From an uncultured Planctomycetales bacterium (GTDB lineage: Bacteria > Omnitrophota > Gorgyraeia > Zapsychrales > JANLHA01), in contig CAYJXI010000004.1 of the NCBI GenBank assembly GCA_964374105.1, positions 13,202 through 77,201 of the forward strand: 64,000 nt of DNA, given 5' to 3'. The first letter of the stretch is position 1; every line of letters starts with the position of its first letter. Under the pieces are notes generated by a model that was given only the letters and a program-made list of their open reading frames with translations, was not told where the DNA came from and ran no database searches. The translations under genes were made by a program, and so were the position numbers. Below are positions 40,394-49,805 of this stretch, one piece after another.

Positions 40394-40939
40394 ATGATGA
40401 CTCGACTCTTTAAAAAATATAAAGAAGAAATTGTTCCGGCTGTCCAAAAGAAGTTTAATATCAACAACGCTATGGCTGTTCCTCGTCTTGAAAAGATTGT
40501 GGTGAACATGGGGGTAGGGGAAGCCATTAATGATATTAAGTTCATCGAAACGGCCATGCAAGAATTAGCGATGATCACTGGACAAAAGCCGATCTTAAGA
40601 AGATCGAAAGAAGCCATTTCCAACTTTAAATTAAAACTAGGTATTCCCATTGGATGTAAAGTGACATTGCGCCGTGCCAAGATGTACGAATTTATGGATC
40701 GATTTTTCAATGCCACTTTACCGCGTATTCGTGATTTTAATGGAGTGCCCAGGAGATCTTTTGATAAGGAGGGAAATTACAATCTAGGAATTAATGATCA
40801 ATCGATTTTCCCGGAAATAGATACCGGTAAGATGTCCCGAACTCAAGGGATGGATATCGCCTTTGTTTTTAATAAGGGCCCTAAAGAATTAACCTCCGAG
40901 GTGTTAACCCTTTTTGGACTGCCGTTTGGCCGATCATGA
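40394..40939 (+). CDS. rplE: 50S ribosomal protein L5
   Basis: 181 aa; conserved L5 segments and position in the spc operon. Confidence 0.9.
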   Translation: MMTRLFKKYKEEIVPAVQKKFNINNAMAVPRLEKIVVNMGVGEAINDIKFIETAMQELAMITGQKPILRRSKEAISNFKLKLGIPIGCKVTLRRAKMYEFMDRFFNATLPRIRDFNGVPRRSFDKEGNYNLGINDQSIFPEIDTGKMSRTQGMDIAFVFNKGPKELTSEVLTLFGLPFGRS

Positions 40940-40999
40940 AACAAAAGTGAAGAGTTATCATTAAGGATTATCTATTAAGATAAGGAAGGAATAGAGGTT

Positions 41000-41185
41000 A
41001 TGGCAAGGAAAGCCTTAATCAATAAATCAAAAAGAAAACCAAAATTTTCGACACGACAACATAACCGCTGCCTGCTTTGTGGGCGTCCGAGAGGTTATTT
41101 AAGAAGGTTTGGGACTTGTCGTATTTGTTTTAGAGAATTGGTTTGGAGAGGAGAGATTCCGGGAGTGAAAAAGGCCAGCTGGTAA
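41000..41185 (+). CDS. rpsN: 30S ribosomal protein S14 type Z (zinc-ribbon form)
   Basis: 61 aa; [23 protein letters not shown] carries two CxxC motifs. Confidence 0.9.
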   Translation: MARKALINKSKRKPKFSTRQHNRCLLCGRPRGYLRRFGTCRICFRELVWRGEIPGVKKASW

Positions 41186-41325
41186 TCATTGGTTGTTAGA
41201 GGAGTTACTATCAAAGAATAATTTATAGAGGTACCGAAAATTTTTCCTAAAGATATCTTCCTTCTTAACTGAGTTTAAAGGGCGAAGCGAAGGATTAACA
41301 CTGAATTTAAAATTTATTAAACATC

Positions 41326-41414
41326 AGGACTTACGCGTTTGGCCAGTTTTTTAGGATTCCCCTGTGTATAGGGAACCACGAGAGGCGTCCCAACAGGGCA
41401 AACGCGTAAGTCCT
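41326..41414 (+). other. Long perfect inverted repeat (16-bp stem, about 57-nt structured loop) within an atypical 255-bp rpsN-rpsH spacer
   Basis: AGGACTTACGCGTTTG (41326-41341) pairs with CAAACGCGTAAGTCCT (41399-41414). The loop contains internal pairings TTCCC..GGGAA and CCCTG..CAGGG. Confidence 0.5.
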
Positions 41415-41440
41415 AAACATATTAAACAAGGTTATTGGAC

Positions 41441-41836
41441 ATGTCTCTTCATGACCCTATAGCAAATGCTTTGACGTCGGTAAGAAACGCCTTGCATGCT
41501 AAAAAAGAAACCGTTGATCTCCCTGCGTCAAAATTAATGAAGCAAATACTGGAAATCTTCAAAAATGATGGATACATTGAAGATTTCCGACTGCTTAAGA
41601 ATAATGTCCAAGGCTCTTTTAAAGTTTATTTGAAATATGATAAAAAGAAGTCCTGTATTCTGGGGTTGAGGCGAATCTCTAGGCCGGGTTTACGAGTTTA
41701 TGTCAGGCAGGATAAAGTTCCTCGCGTTTTGAGCGGTCTAGGAACAGCGGTGATCTCCACCTCCAAAGGGGTCATTTCCGACAAGGAAGCTCGCAAACTC
41801 AAATGTGGAGGAGAAGTCCTCTGTTATATTTGGTAA
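41441..41836 (+). CDS. rpsH: 30S ribosomal protein S8
   Basis: MSLHDPIANALTSVRNA matches the S8 N-terminus. The track ORF starts at TTG 41435; ATG 41441 is preferred. Confidence 0.9.
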   Translation: MSLHDPIANALTSVRNALHAKKETVDLPASKLMKQILEIFKNDGYIEDFRLLKNNVQGSFKVYLKYDKKKSCILGLRRISRPGLRVYVRQDKVPRVLSGLGTAVISTSKGVISDKEARKLKCGGEVLCYIW

Positions 41837-41842
41837 GAAGAC

Positions 41843-42382
41843 ATGTCAAGAATAGGTAAAATAGCGATTCCAGTTCCCTCCGATGTAAAAGTCTTTGTTG
41901 AGCCTATGTGTGTTCGTTTGGAAGGACCTAAGGGGAAATTAATACTTAATCTTCCTGAGAACATCCAAGTTCAGCTTAAAGATCATTCTTTATTGGTTAA
42001 TCGGATTTCGGATTTAAAACAGGATCGTGCAAATCATGGGACAGTTCGAGCCATTTTGGCGCATATGATCATTGGTGTAACCAAAGGACACAAAAAGGAA
42101 CTAGAAATCCAAGGGGTGGGTTTCAAGGCCCAGTTGCAAGGTAACAGGCTCATCCTGAATTTAGGTTTAAGCCATCCGTTGGAATATTTTATTCCTAAAG
42201 ATATCAAAGTCACTGTTCCTCAACCCACATTGGTTAATGTGGAGGGAACAGATAAGGCTTTAGTTGGACAGGTCGCAGCACAGATACGTGATTTCAAACG
42301 AGCGGAGCCTTATAAAGGCAAAGGGGTTCGCTACGTTGGGGAAGTTGTCAGAAGAAAACAAGGGAAATCAGTGACCAAGTAA
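41843..42382 (+). CDS. rplF: 50S ribosomal protein L6
   Basis: MSRIGKIAIPVPSDVKV is a canonical L6 start; 179 aa. Confidence 0.9.
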   Translation: MSRIGKIAIPVPSDVKVFVEPMCVRLEGPKGKLILNLPENIQVQLKDHSLLVNRISDLKQDRANHGTVRAILAHMIIGVTKGHKKELEIQGVGFKAQLQGNRLILNLGLSHPLEYFIPKDIKVTVPQPTLVNVEGTDKALVGQVAAQIRDFKRAEPYKGKGVRYVGEVVRRKQGKSVTK

Positions 42383-42418
42383 CATTTTTGATGTGATCAA
42401 TTAGGATTTATTGGGAAT

Positions 42419-42790
42419 ATGGTTACAAAGATTAAAATCAAGGAGCTTAAAAGAGTTGCTAGGCATGAGAGAATTCGTTGGAAGATCTCTGGCAGACCCG
42501 ATCGGCCCAGATTGTGTATCCATCGTAGTTTAAAGAATCTCTATGTCCAACTCATTGATGATCTCAATGGGAAAGTTCTTTTTGGATTTTCTACTCTTAA
42601 TAAAGATTTGCGAAATAAGATCAAAAGTGGAGGCAATGTTGAAGCAGCGAGTATTCTAGGAGAAGCCGTAGCCAAAGAGGTCATGAGTAGAGGAATTAAG
42701 AATGTGTGTTTTGATCGAGGGGGCTATCTTTATCATGGTCGAATTAAGGCTTTTGCTGAAGCGGCGCGAAAGGGTGGGTTGGAATTTTAA
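42419..42790 (+). CDS. rplR: 50S ribosomal protein L18
   Basis: RPRLCIHRSLKNLYVQLIDD matches the L18 consensus. Confidence 0.9.
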   Translation: MVTKIKIKELKRVARHERIRWKISGRPDRPRLCIHRSLKNLYVQLIDDLNGKVLFGFSTLNKDLRNKIKSGGNVEAASILGEAVAKEVMSRGIKNVCFDRGGYLYHGRIKAFAEAARKGGLEF

Positions 42791-42849
42791 TTTTTCGTTT
42801 ATTTTTAAAACTTAAGGAAAGGCATTAAAAGCCGAAAGGTCAAAAGGAA

Positions 42850-43458
42850 ATGAGCAAGGAAAGAAGGTTAAAAAGCGAAAATTTGAGTAAAGAAGAGCCT
42901 CGGCCGGTAAGAAAAAGGGAGCTTAAACAGCCTGACCTAAAGGAAGAACTCATTGAGTCAGAAGTGGTGGCGAAACCCGAAGTGAGCCAGCGCCCTCCCG
43001 CAAGGATCCGGACAGCAGAGATAGCAGAATTTTTTGAAAATGTTGTTGCCATCAATCGGATCACCAAAGTCACAAAAGGAGGGAAGAAATTATCTTTTAG
43101 TGCTTTGGTGGTGGTGGGAGATACAAAAGGACGCGTGGGATATTGTTTAGAAAAAGCCGGGGAGGTGGCCATGGCCATCAAAAAGGCCTTGGCAGGAGCT
43201 AAGAAGAATTTGATTAACGTTCCTTTAAAAGGGACAACAATTCCGCACGAGATTATTGGAGTTTGTGGAGGAGCAGAAGTTTTATTGAAGCCTGCGGCCG
43301 AAGGGACAGGGGTTATCGCTGCTGGACCGGTTCGGGCGGTGTGTGAAGGGGCAGGGATCCACAACATATTGTCCAAATGTCATCGATCAAATAATCCCAT
43401 CAATGTCGTTAAGGCTACGATCGATGGGTTAAGTCGTTTAAAATCTGCAAACAATTAA
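42850..43458 (+). CDS. rpsE: 30S ribosomal protein S5 (with about 35-aa basic/acidic N-terminal extension)
   Basis: Core [24 protein letters not shown] (dsRBD) and the C-terminal domain are present; 202 aa against the usual 166. Confidence 0.85.
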   Translation: MSKERRLKSENLSKEEPRPVRKRELKQPDLKEELIESEVVAKPEVSQRPPARIRTAEIAEFFENVVAINRITKVTKGGKKLSFSALVVVGDTKGRVGYCLEKAGEVAMAIKKALAGAKKNLINVPLKGTTIPHEIIGVCGGAEVLLKPAAEGTGVIAAGPVRAVCEGAGIHNILSKCHRSNNPINVVKATIDGLSRLKSANN

Positions 43459-43478
43459 AATTGAAAATTGAATTTAAA

Positions 43479-43973
43479 ATGCATCTTCAAGATTTAAGAT
43501 CACCGCAAGGATCAAAGAAGGGGAAAAAGATTGTAGGTCGCGGACCCGGAAGTGGCCATGGGAAAACTTCCTGCCGTGGACACGGGCGTAATCAAAGGGC
43601 TCGTTCGGGACGGGGAATTTTAAACACCTTGGAGGGAGGGCAAATGCCCCTTATTCGACGACTCCCCAAGGTCGGGTTTCGAAGTAAGAGACCTATTGTT
43701 TATCAGTTTGTCAATGTGGCGAGTTTATCCCGATTTAGGGCAGGTTCGGTTGTTGATGGGAAGGCATTGAAAGCCGGAGGTCTTATTAAAAATTATTTCA
43801 AACCTTTTAAGATCTTGGGCGATGGAGAAATCAACAAACCCTTAACCGTTTATGCCTATCAGTTTTCCCAGATGGCGGTTGATAAAATTGTGAAAGCGGG
43901 TGGGAAAATTGAAAGAATTGATGCAACTTTTTTTAAGCAGGAAGAATCCAACAACCCAAAGGGAAATAACTGA
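43479..43973 (+). CDS. rplO: 50S ribosomal protein L15
   Basis: MHLQDLRSPQGSKKGKKIVGRGPGSGHGKT aligns with the L15 N-terminus from ATG 43479. The track TTG 43461 would add 6 aa. It directly follows rpsE with no L30 gene. Confidence 0.85.
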   Translation: MHLQDLRSPQGSKKGKKIVGRGPGSGHGKTSCRGHGRNQRARSGRGILNTLEGGQMPLIRRLPKVGFRSKRPIVYQFVNVASLSRFRAGSVVDGKALKAGGLIKNYFKPFKILGDGEINKPLTVYAYQFSQMAVDKIVKAGGKIERIDATFFKQEESNNPKGNN

Positions 43974-44062
43974 CCCTTTGGGTAGTTTTCGCTTATTTAT
44001 TCCCTGAGGGGTCATGACGGGTCGAGGAACTCCCCGACCCGTCAAAATAAATCTTATCGAGA

Positions 44063-45406
44063 ATGTTAACGGCCTTTGTCAATTGTTTTAAGATTCCCGA
44101 GTTAAAGAAGAAGATCTTGTTTACTCTGGGAATTGTTCTCGTTTATCGCATTGGTTGCTTTATCCCAACGCCGGGTGTGAATGGGGCGGTTTTAACAGCT
44201 TATTTTCAGAAACTCAATTCAACCGGTGGAGGAACGATCTTTGGCATCATGAATATGTTTTCCGGTGGCGCCATCGAAAAAATGACGATTTTTGCGTTAG
44301 GAGTCATGCCGTATATCTCCAGTTCGATTATTATGCAGCTTTTGACAGCGGTCATTCCCGCCTTGGAGAGATTGGCTAAAGAGGGGCAGGCGGGATATCA
44401 TAAGATTAATCAATATACCCGCTATGGAACACTGGCTCTATCCTTAGTTCAGTCTTTTTTCATTGCCCTCTGGTTAGAGAAACAGGCTTTTGATGCAGTT
44501 CAAGTGGTCAATAATCCCGGCTGGGGGTTTCAACTTGTGACGGTTTTGACATTATCCTGCGGGACATTATTTTTGATGTGGCTGGGAGAACAGATTCAAG
44601 AACGAGGTATAGGTAATGGGATGTCCTTACTCATTACTGCGGGCATCATCTCCGCTGCCCCGGCAGCCTTAAGCCAGTTAACCCTATTGTTATCGGGAAA
44701 AACGGTGGGGGCCAATCAACTGCAACCACTTACTCTTGTCATCATGATTCTTTTTCTGATAGGTGTGATTGTGGCGATCACCTTGATTACTCAGGCGCAA
44801 AGGAAGATCCCGGTTCAGTATGCTCGTCGCATTGTGGGACGAAAAGTTTATGGGGGGCAAAGCACCTACATTCCTTTGAAGGTGGATACCTCGGGTGTCA
44901 TTGCCATCATTTTTGCCCAATCGATCATTTTATTTCCGGCCACCATAGCGAGTTTCATCCCCTCTCAGGCTTTTCAGGCATTTGCGGCTACCTTCACGCG
45001 GGGAGGGTGGATTTATTATACGGTTTACGGAATATTGATTGTCTTTTTTTGCTATTTTTATACCGCGATTGTTTTTAATCCCGTTGATGTTGCTGAGAAT
45101 TTGAAAAAGCACGGGGGTTTTATCCCAGGGGTAAGACCCGGGTCGCAAACCGCTGATTATCTTGATTTCGTTTTAGTAAGAATCACCTTGGCGGGGGCTT
45201 TGTTTATTTGTCTCATTGCCACTATGCCGGATGCTATTATGGCCTCGTTTAAGGTCCCTTATTTAGTGGCTTCGTTCTTTGGGGGTACAGGGATCTTGAT
45301 TACGGTTGGGGTCATGCTGGACACAATGAAACAAATCGAGTCGCATTTGTTGATGCGGCATTATGAAGGGTTTTTAAAAACCGGACAACTCAGAGGTCGA
45401 AGGTGA
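44063..45406 (+). CDS. secY: Preprotein translocase subunit SecY
   Basis: 447 aa, 10 predicted transmembrane segments; conserved GIMPYISSSII and GNGMSLLI motifs. Confidence 0.95.
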   Translation: MLTAFVNCFKIPELKKKILFTLGIVLVYRIGCFIPTPGVNGAVLTAYFQKLNSTGGGTIFGIMNMFSGGAIEKMTIFALGVMPYISSSIIMQLLTAVIPALERLAKEGQAGYHKINQYTRYGTLALSLVQSFFIALWLEKQAFDAVQVVNNPGWGFQLVTVLTLSCGTLFLMWLGEQIQERGIGNGMSLLITAGIISAAPAALSQLTLLLSGKTVGANQLQPLTLVIMILFLIGVIVAITLITQAQRKIPVQYARRIVGRKVYGGQSTYIPLKVDTSGVIAIIFAQSIILFPATIASFIPSQAFQAFAATFTRGGWIYYTVYGILIVFFCYFYTAIVFNPVDVAENLKKHGGFIPGVRPGSQTADYLDFVLVRITLAGALFICLIATMPDAIMASFKVPYLVASFFGGTGILITVGVMLDTMKQIESHLLMRHYEGFLKTGQLRGRR

Positions 45407-46089
45407 GAATTGTACTCTTAGGGCCACCGGGAGCAGGCAAAGGAACATTAGCTAATTTAATCAAAGAAAAATTCAATATTTTGCATATATCAACAGGAGA
45501 TATTTTCAGGGAGGAGATGAAAAGCCAATCGAAATTGGGAGGAGAGATCAAACGATATGTTGAGAGTGGGAAACTTGTCCCGGATAAGATTGTCACTCAG
45601 ATTGTTAAAAATAAGTTGCTCAATGACAAAGTGACCCAAAAGGGGTATATGTTGGATGGTTTTCCCAGAACGAGAACTCAGGCAATAGAATTAGATAGAA
45701 TTTTAGCTAGGATTAGACAACCTATAGATTATGCCCTTTATATGGAGGCCTCGTTACCCGTTATTATCGAACGTTTAACGGGGCGACGGGTCTGCAGAGA
45801 TTGCGGGGCATTATATCATATCGTTAATAAACCTCCCAAAGGTGATTATCGATGTGATGATTGCCATGGGGAGATCTATCAGAGGGCAGATGATAATGAA
45901 GAAACGATAAAAACAAGGATGGACGTTTATCTTAAAAAAACAACTCCTATTATTCAATATTATGAAGGGCAGAACAAATTAAGAACAGTCGATGCTGACC
46001 ATGGATCGGATCATGTGTTAAATTATCTTGTTAAGCTTCTTAATGAAGACAGCAAAGCAAATAATAATAAAGTCTCAAGAAGAGCTTGA
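45403..46089 (+). CDS. adk: Adenylate kinase (zinc-lid form, C-terminal extension)
   Basis: P-loop GPPGAGKGT; the LID carries CRDCG...CDDCHG (Cys4). Confidence 0.9.
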   Translation: MRIVLLGPPGAGKGTLANLIKEKFNILHISTGDIFREEMKSQSKLGGEIKRYVESGKLVPDKIVTQIVKNKLLNDKVTQKGYMLDGFPRTRTQAIELDRILARIRQPIDYALYMEASLPVIIERLTGRRVCRDCGALYHIVNKPPKGDYRCDDCHGEIYQRADDNEETIKTRMDVYLKKTTPIIQYYEGQNKLRTVDADHGSDHVLNYLVKLLNEDSKANNNKVSRRA

Positions 46090-46801
46090 AATACTTTACC
46101 AAGCAGGTAAGATATTAGCCGACATCATCAGAGAATTAACGAGTTCTTTGAAATCGGGAATGACAACACGACAAGTCGATCAGATTGCGGAAGGATTGAT
46201 TACTCAACGCGGTGTGCAATCGGCCTTTAGAGGATATCGAGGATTCCCAGACTGTACTTGCATTTCGGTGAATCAAGAAGTGGTTCATGGTATCCCCAGC
46301 GAACGGGTGATACAAAGCGGTGATATCGTCAGTTTGGATGTGGGGATTATTTACAAAAATTATTATTCTGATACAGCGTCAACCATCGGTATTGGCAAGA
46401 TCAGCCCCGCATTGCAAAAGTTGTTAGATATTACGAAGGGGTCCCTTTACAAAGGAATTGCTCAAGCTAAAGTGAATAATCATTTGTCAGATATTTCCTT
46501 CGCGATTCAGAGTTATGTTGAGGCGAATCATTTTTCGGTCGTTCGGGATTATGTTGGGCATGGGATTGGACGATCGTTGCATGAGGAACCGGAAATCCCG
46601 AACTTTGGTCCGGCTCATTGTGGTCCGGTATTAAAGGAAGGGATGGTTTTAGCGATTGAACCCATGGTCAATATGGGAGCATGGCAGACTAAAATCAGCG
46701 AGGATGGGTGGACCGTCGTGACGATGGATGGGAAACCCTCTGCTCATTTTGAACACACCGTTGCGGTGACAAAGTCGGGACCGATCATTTTTACAGAATA
46801 A
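46043..46801 (+). CDS. map: Methionine aminopeptidase type I
   Basis: M24A pita-bread fold with the metal ligands D..D..H..E..E. The N-terminus [20 protein letters not shown] aligns with Map. ATG 46043 is preferred over track TTG 46028. Overlaps adk by 47 nt. Confidence 0.85.
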   Translation: MKTAKQIIIKSQEELEILYQAGKILADIIRELTSSLKSGMTTRQVDQIAEGLITQRGVQSAFRGYRGFPDCTCISVNQEVVHGIPSERVIQSGDIVSLDVGIIYKNYYSDTASTIGIGKISPALQKLLDITKGSLYKGIAQAKVNNHLSDISFAIQSYVEANHFSVVRDYVGHGIGRSLHEEPEIPNFGPAHCGPVLKEGMVLAIEPMVNMGAWQTKISEDGWTVVTMDGKPSAHFEHTVAVTKSGPIIFTE

Positions 46802-46802
46802 A

Positions 46803-47021
46803 ATGGCCAAAGAGGATTTGATAGAAGTCGAAGGCGTCGTTAAAGAGGCATTGCCCAATGCCATGTTCCGTATTGAATTAGATAATGGACATTTAGTTTC
46901 GGCCCATATTTCGGGTAAGATCAGGATGCACTTTATTCGCATCCTGCCTGGAGATAGGGTGAAAGTTGAACTTTCTCCCTACGATTTGTCTCGGGGGCGA
47001 ATTACTTACAGGTGTAAATAA
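46803..47021 (+). CDS. infA: Translation initiation factor IF-1
   Basis: 72 aa; [13 protein letters not shown]...FRIELDNGH is canonical. Confidence 0.9.
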   Translation: MAKEDLIEVEGVVKEALPNAMFRIELDNGHLVSAHISGKIRMHFIRILPGDRVKVELSPYDLSRGRITYRCK

Positions 47022-47134
47022 TGAAAGTTAAATCTTCCGTCAAGAGAATTTGTAGTAAATGTAAAATCATTCGGCGTAAGGGTGTTGTTCGAGTGATTTG
47101 TTCTAATCCAAAGCACAAACAAAGACAAGGATAA
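47021..47134 (+). CDS. rpmJ: 50S ribosomal protein L36 (zinc-ribbon form)
   Basis: 37-aa [37 protein letters not shown]. Its start shares the A of the infA TAA (TAATG). It is below the ORF-track cutoff. Confidence 0.85.
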   Translation: MKVKSSVKRICSKCKIIRRKGVVRVICSNPKHKQRQG

Positions 47135-47201
47135 GGCCATTAAACTATTAAGTATTGACAATGTTATTTAAGGAAACAAATAACAAAAGGAAGACAGAGA
47201 T

Positions 47202-47582
47202 ATGCCGAGAATTTTAGGAGTTGATATTCCTCGTGAAAAAAGGATCGAAGCGGCTTTACCCTATGTTTATGGGGTAGGACGGACAACGGCCCGAAAGATA
47301 TTGGATGAGGCCAATATTGATTATAACCGAAGAGCCAAAGATCTATCCGAGGAAGAGATCGCTCGAATTACCGTTATCGTTCAAAAGAATTATTTGGTCG
47401 AAGGGGATCTTAGGCGAACTGTTTCGCAAAATATCAAACGACTCATGGACATTGGGGCTTATCGCGGATTAAGACATCGCAAAGGACTGCCAGTCAGAGG
47501 CCAGAGGACAAGAACGAATGCCAGGACGCGAAAGGGAAAGAAAACAATTGTTGGAAAAATTATTAAAACTTTAGAAAAATAA
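47202..47582 (+). CDS. rpsM: 30S ribosomal protein S13
   Basis: [16 protein letters not shown] is a canonical S13 start. Confidence 0.9.
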   Translation: MPRILGVDIPREKRIEAALPYVYGVGRTTARKILDEANIDYNRRAKDLSEEEIARITVIVQKNYLVEGDLRRTVSQNIKRLMDIGAYRGLRHRKGLPVRGQRTRTNARTRKGKKTIVGKIIKTLEK

Positions 47583-47598
47583 AAGAAATTGAGGCAAT

Positions 47599-48021
47599 AT
47601 GGTGACAAAAAAAGCTGAACCACAGCAAGAAATCGTTAAAAAAGAAAAAAAGGCTAAAAAGAAGGCCATCAAAGGTATTTCTTCGGGTTTCGTGCATATC
47701 AAGGCCACCTTTAATAATACCATTATTACTATCACAGACAGACAAGGTAATGTGCTTGTCTGGTCAAGTCCTGGGAGTGTGGGTTTTAGTGGATCGAAAA
47801 AATCGACTCCTTTTGCTGCGCAAGTGGCTGCCAGAGAGGCCGCAAGGCAGGCGAAGGATATGGGGATTCAGAATGTGGATATCCTTGTTAAAGGGCCTGG
47901 ATCTGGACGGGAATCTGCTATACGGGCTATTCAGGCAACGGGATTAATGATAACCTCAATCCGGGATGTGACCCCGATGCCGCATAACGGATGTCGTCCG
48001 CGAAAAAAACGTCGTGTTTAA
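47599..48021 (+). CDS. rpsK: 30S ribosomal protein S11
   Basis: [18 protein letters not shown] matches S11; 140 aa. Confidence 0.9.
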   Translation: MVTKKAEPQQEIVKKEKKAKKKAIKGISSGFVHIKATFNNTIITITDRQGNVLVWSSPGSVGFSGSKKSTPFAAQVAAREAARQAKDMGIQNVDILVKGPGSGRESAIRAIQATGLMITSIRDVTPMPHNGCRPRKKRRV

Positions 48022-48084
48022 AGGGAAAAGAATTGGAATTTATTACTTAGGTATGAAGATCATATTAGAAAGGAATCTGTTGTC

Positions 48085-48711
48085 ATGGCTAGAGATTTAG
48101 GACCGAGTTGTCGATTGTGTAGACGAGAAGGCGAAAAGCTTTTCTTGAAGGGAACACGTTGTTTTACGCATAAATGTGCTGTAGAACGCAGAGAATACGC
48201 CCCAGGGCAGCATGGGATTAAGCGTACCAAATTGTCGAACTATGGGATCCAACTTCGTGAAAAGCAGAAAGTTAAACGAATATACGGCCTTTTAGAAAGA
48301 CAATTTCAACTGTATTTTGCCAAAGCTGTTCGTCACAAGGGAGTTACGGGAACGGTATTGCTGCAATTCTTAGAACGAAGGCTTGATAGTGTAATTTATT
48401 ATTTGGGATTTGCGACATCTCGAAAACAAGCGAGACAAGTTGTTGGTCATGGGTTTGTGCATGTCAATGATCGGCCGGTCAACATCCCTTCCTATTTAGT
48501 CAAACCGAATGATGAGATTTCGATCAAATTTAAAACCAAAGGGCAGAAGTTTATCAAAGAAAATATCGCTACTACTAAGAATCGGATTATTCCTCAATGG
48601 TTGAGTGTTGATGTAGAACATTATAAGGCAAAAGTGTTAAGGCTTCCGGAACGAGAAGATATCGGTTTTGATGTGAATGAACAATTTGTCGTTGAATTAT
48701 ATTCAAGATAA
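48085..48711 (+). CDS. rpsD: 30S ribosomal protein S4
   Basis: N-terminal Cys cluster CRLCRREG...C..HKC and an S4 RNA-binding domain. Confidence 0.9.
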   Translation: MARDLGPSCRLCRREGEKLFLKGTRCFTHKCAVERREYAPGQHGIKRTKLSNYGIQLREKQKVKRIYGLLERQFQLYFAKAVRHKGVTGTVLLQFLERRLDSVIYYLGFATSRKQARQVVGHGFVHVNDRPVNIPSYLVKPNDEISIKFKTKGQKFIKENIATTKNRIIPQWLSVDVEHYKAKVLRLPEREDIGFDVNEQFVVELYSR

Positions 48712-48800
48712 ATCCTCTTTCCATCTTTCCATTTAGAAGAATGGGCAAAGAAGGAATGAGGCGTAAAACTCCAATCCATCAGAATAATTAGGAGGAGAAC

Positions 48801-49799
48801 ATGGGGGTTAAGTGGCGTGATTTTCAAATGCCTAAGAGGCTGGATTGCGATGAAGCAAGTTACACAAATACATACGGTCGATTTATAGCCGAACCATTCG
48901 AAAGGGGGTACGGTGTCACTCTAGGAAATTCTTTAAGAAGGATTTTATTATCATCCATCGAAGGCAGTGCGATAACTTCAATTAAGATCGAAGGAGTGCA
49001 GCATGAATTTACAACAATGTCGGGTGTACTGGAGCCGGTGACAGATATTATTCTCAATATCAAAGGCTTGGTCTTGAAATCCCATTCTAAAGTTCCCAAA
49101 TTAATCTATATCAAGGCTAATAAAAAAGGCAAAGTTTTAGCTAAAGAGATTATTTGTGATGAAACAATTGAAATCATTAATCCCGATCATCACATTGCCA
49201 CATTGGGTCAGGATATCCCTTTTAATGTGGAATTGGAAGTCTCTAAAGGCAGGGGCTATGTACCAGCAGAAATGAATAAGAAGGAGGGGGGGGGGCTTGA
49301 AGCAATTGTGGTGGATTCCATTTTTACCCCTATCAATAAGGTTAACTTTTTGGTGGAAAATACTCGGGTAGGCCAAAGGACCGATTATGATCGGTTAATA
49401 TTAGAAGTGTGGACCAATGGGGGCATCAATCCTAAAGAGGCCCTGCTTTATGCGGCTAATATTTTACAGCGACACCTAGATGTCTTTGTGAGTTATGGAC
49501 AACTCCCGGAAGAAGAAGAAGAGGAAGAGGAAATATCTGCGGAAGAACAGGCGCTTTATGAGAAGTTGCGTCTACCTATTTCTGAGCTGGAATTGTCGGT
49601 CCGCAGTGCCAATTGTTTAAAAGAAGCCAATATCAAGACCATAGCCGATTTGGTTAGAAAGAGTGAGTCGGAATTACTAAGTTTCCGCAATTTCGGTAAG
49701 AAATCTTTATCAGAAATCAGTGATCTTTTGAAAGTTATGGGGTTACAATTAGGGATGAAAATTGACAGCAAAAAATTAAGAAAGGTGACTTCAGAATAA
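48801..49799 (+). CDS. rpoA: DNA-directed RNA polymerase subunit alpha
   Basis: N-terminal domain motifs, a poly-Glu linker, and a C-terminal HhH domain (LSVRSANCLKEANIKTIADL). It contains a G10 run at 49286-49295. Confidence 0.95.
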   Translation: MGVKWRDFQMPKRLDCDEASYTNTYGRFIAEPFERGYGVTLGNSLRRILLSSIEGSAITSIKIEGVQHEFTTMSGVLEPVTDIILNIKGLVLKSHSKVPKLIYIKANKKGKVLAKEIICDETIEIINPDHHIATLGQDIPFNVELEVSKGRGYVPAEMNKKEGGGLEAIVVDSIFTPINKVNFLVENTRVGQRTDYDRLILEVWTNGGINPKEALLYAANILQRHLDVFVSYGQLPEEEEEEEEISAEEQALYEKLRLPISELELSVRSANCLKEANIKTIADLVRKSESELLSFRNFGKKSLSEISDLLKVMGLQLGMKIDSKKLRKVTSE

Positions 49800-49805
49800 A
49801 AGACT

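Noticed and set aside
42840-43376. 178-aa minus-strand ORF
   Set aside because: Entirely antisense to the conserved rpsE; Ala/Ser/Pro-rich translation with no motif.
44016-44043. 9-bp GC hairpin after rplO as a possible intrinsic terminator
   Set aside because: It is followed by an A-run on the + strand and preceded by the T-run on the - strand, so it lacks terminator geometry on either strand. It is kept only as a member of the GC-hairpin family.
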